Notes under the pieces: generated by a model
Seen by the model: the letters and a program-made list of their open reading frames with translations, nothing else
Database searches by the model: none
What the model was told of the DNA's origin: nothing
Position numbers and translations under genes: made by a program
NCBI RefSeq assembly: GCF_028641065.1
Contig: NC_073378.1
Coordinates: 85,312,001 to 85,376,000 of the forward strand
Length of the DNA stretch: 64,000 bases
DNA from: Leucoraja erinacea
Taxonomy: Eukaryota
Direction of reading: 5' to 3'
Shown: positions 63,204-64,000 of the stretch, piece after piece
Position numbering within the stretch: the stretch's first letter is position 1
How the letters are laid out: each line of letters starts with the position of its first letter

Positions 63204-63730
63204 GTTATGCTGATGATGCTGTTATTCAGTCAGTGGGTGGAATTGTTATGCTTTTTGGTTATGTCTCAAATTAATTGAAAGCATAGTTGATGATCTAAGG
63301 TCATTTTGACTTCATTAGAACATAAGTAAATTCCTCATCTGGTACAAGTGTTTGTGTGAAAATCAGCATATTAAAAATTGAAATCCTTTGTCATATATTA
63401 GAGTGGAAATAATGTTTGTTTGTATATGATACAAGTACTATCAGTGGAATGTTTTACCTCGTAACTATCAATGTTTTCAATATATATTCATGTCGCACTT
63501 TGGTTCATTGCTGTAATTAAGGCGCAAAATTAACTAAGTTCATGGAGACTGTCACTGAAACAAGTGAATCTGTTTTGGTGTGTGCGATTAGATGGCAATC
63601 GACTGAAGTGAAGGCCAGAGATCCTGGAAATGAATGGGAGGCAATGTAGTTGTACATTATCAGCAAAATGGTTATTTGGGTAGTTTTGTGCATCACCACA
63701 TTGTTATCACCATGTTGCATTATCAATTGA

Positions 63731-64000
63731 TTTTACTTCGGAGTCACGTGAGTGACTACGTGAAGAACCCGTCCAGCACGCATGCGCGACATGAGCGTTC
63801 ACGCAGTGCAACAGCGACGAACGGGAGTACAGGGCGCTCCCGCTACAGCTTAAAAAAGACGGACCGTCAGGTAAGTTTATTCTGAGGTCGTATTTTCGAA
63901 AAAAGTTGCTTTGATTTGTCTCACCAGGTCGAGACAACTGGAAACATGAGCAAAACAAGGCAAGCAAAAAAGACCGCCCCCCGTACGACTCCAACAGAGG
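63731..64000 (+). mobile_element. 5' terminus of a second DIRS1 element, running off the window
   Basis: ttttacttcggagtcacgtgagtgactacgtgaaga matches the ICR half at 7892-7927; next bases resemble the terminal repeat at 7675-7705; possible ORF1 start MSKTRQAKK near 63946. Confidence 0.75.

Overview
Eukaryotic, repeat-rich vertebrate DNA. The repeat content (HE1/V-SINE-type SINEs, CR1, Rex1/Babar, Penelope, DIRS1) points to a cartilaginous fish, probably a skate or ray (inference). The only host gene I can support is the first coding exon of beta2-chimaerin (CHN2; + strand 42354-42399, MASSNSSLSGSSVSS-D), inside a CpG-island promoter; everything downstream is its intron 1. The rest is nested transposons: a DIRS1 element with tyrosine recombinase and an intact internal complementary region, the 5' end of a second DIRS at the window edge, an internally deleted ERV (4-bp TSD, Pro-type PBS, gag) carrying a Helitron and a CR1, Penelope elements with fold-back derivatives bearing hammerhead-like cores, Tc1, hAT, Harbinger-like MITEs, Gypsy fragments and a 736-aa open Rex1/Babar ORF. 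There is a 140-N gap at 13956-14095. The most intriguing but unconfirmed signal is a decayed minus-strand segment (~4750-5640) whose motif order and spacing resemble the capping (PRNTase) domain of a negative-strand RNA virus L protein. All calls are by eye, with no database searches; repeat boundaries are approximate unless a TSD or TIR is quoted.
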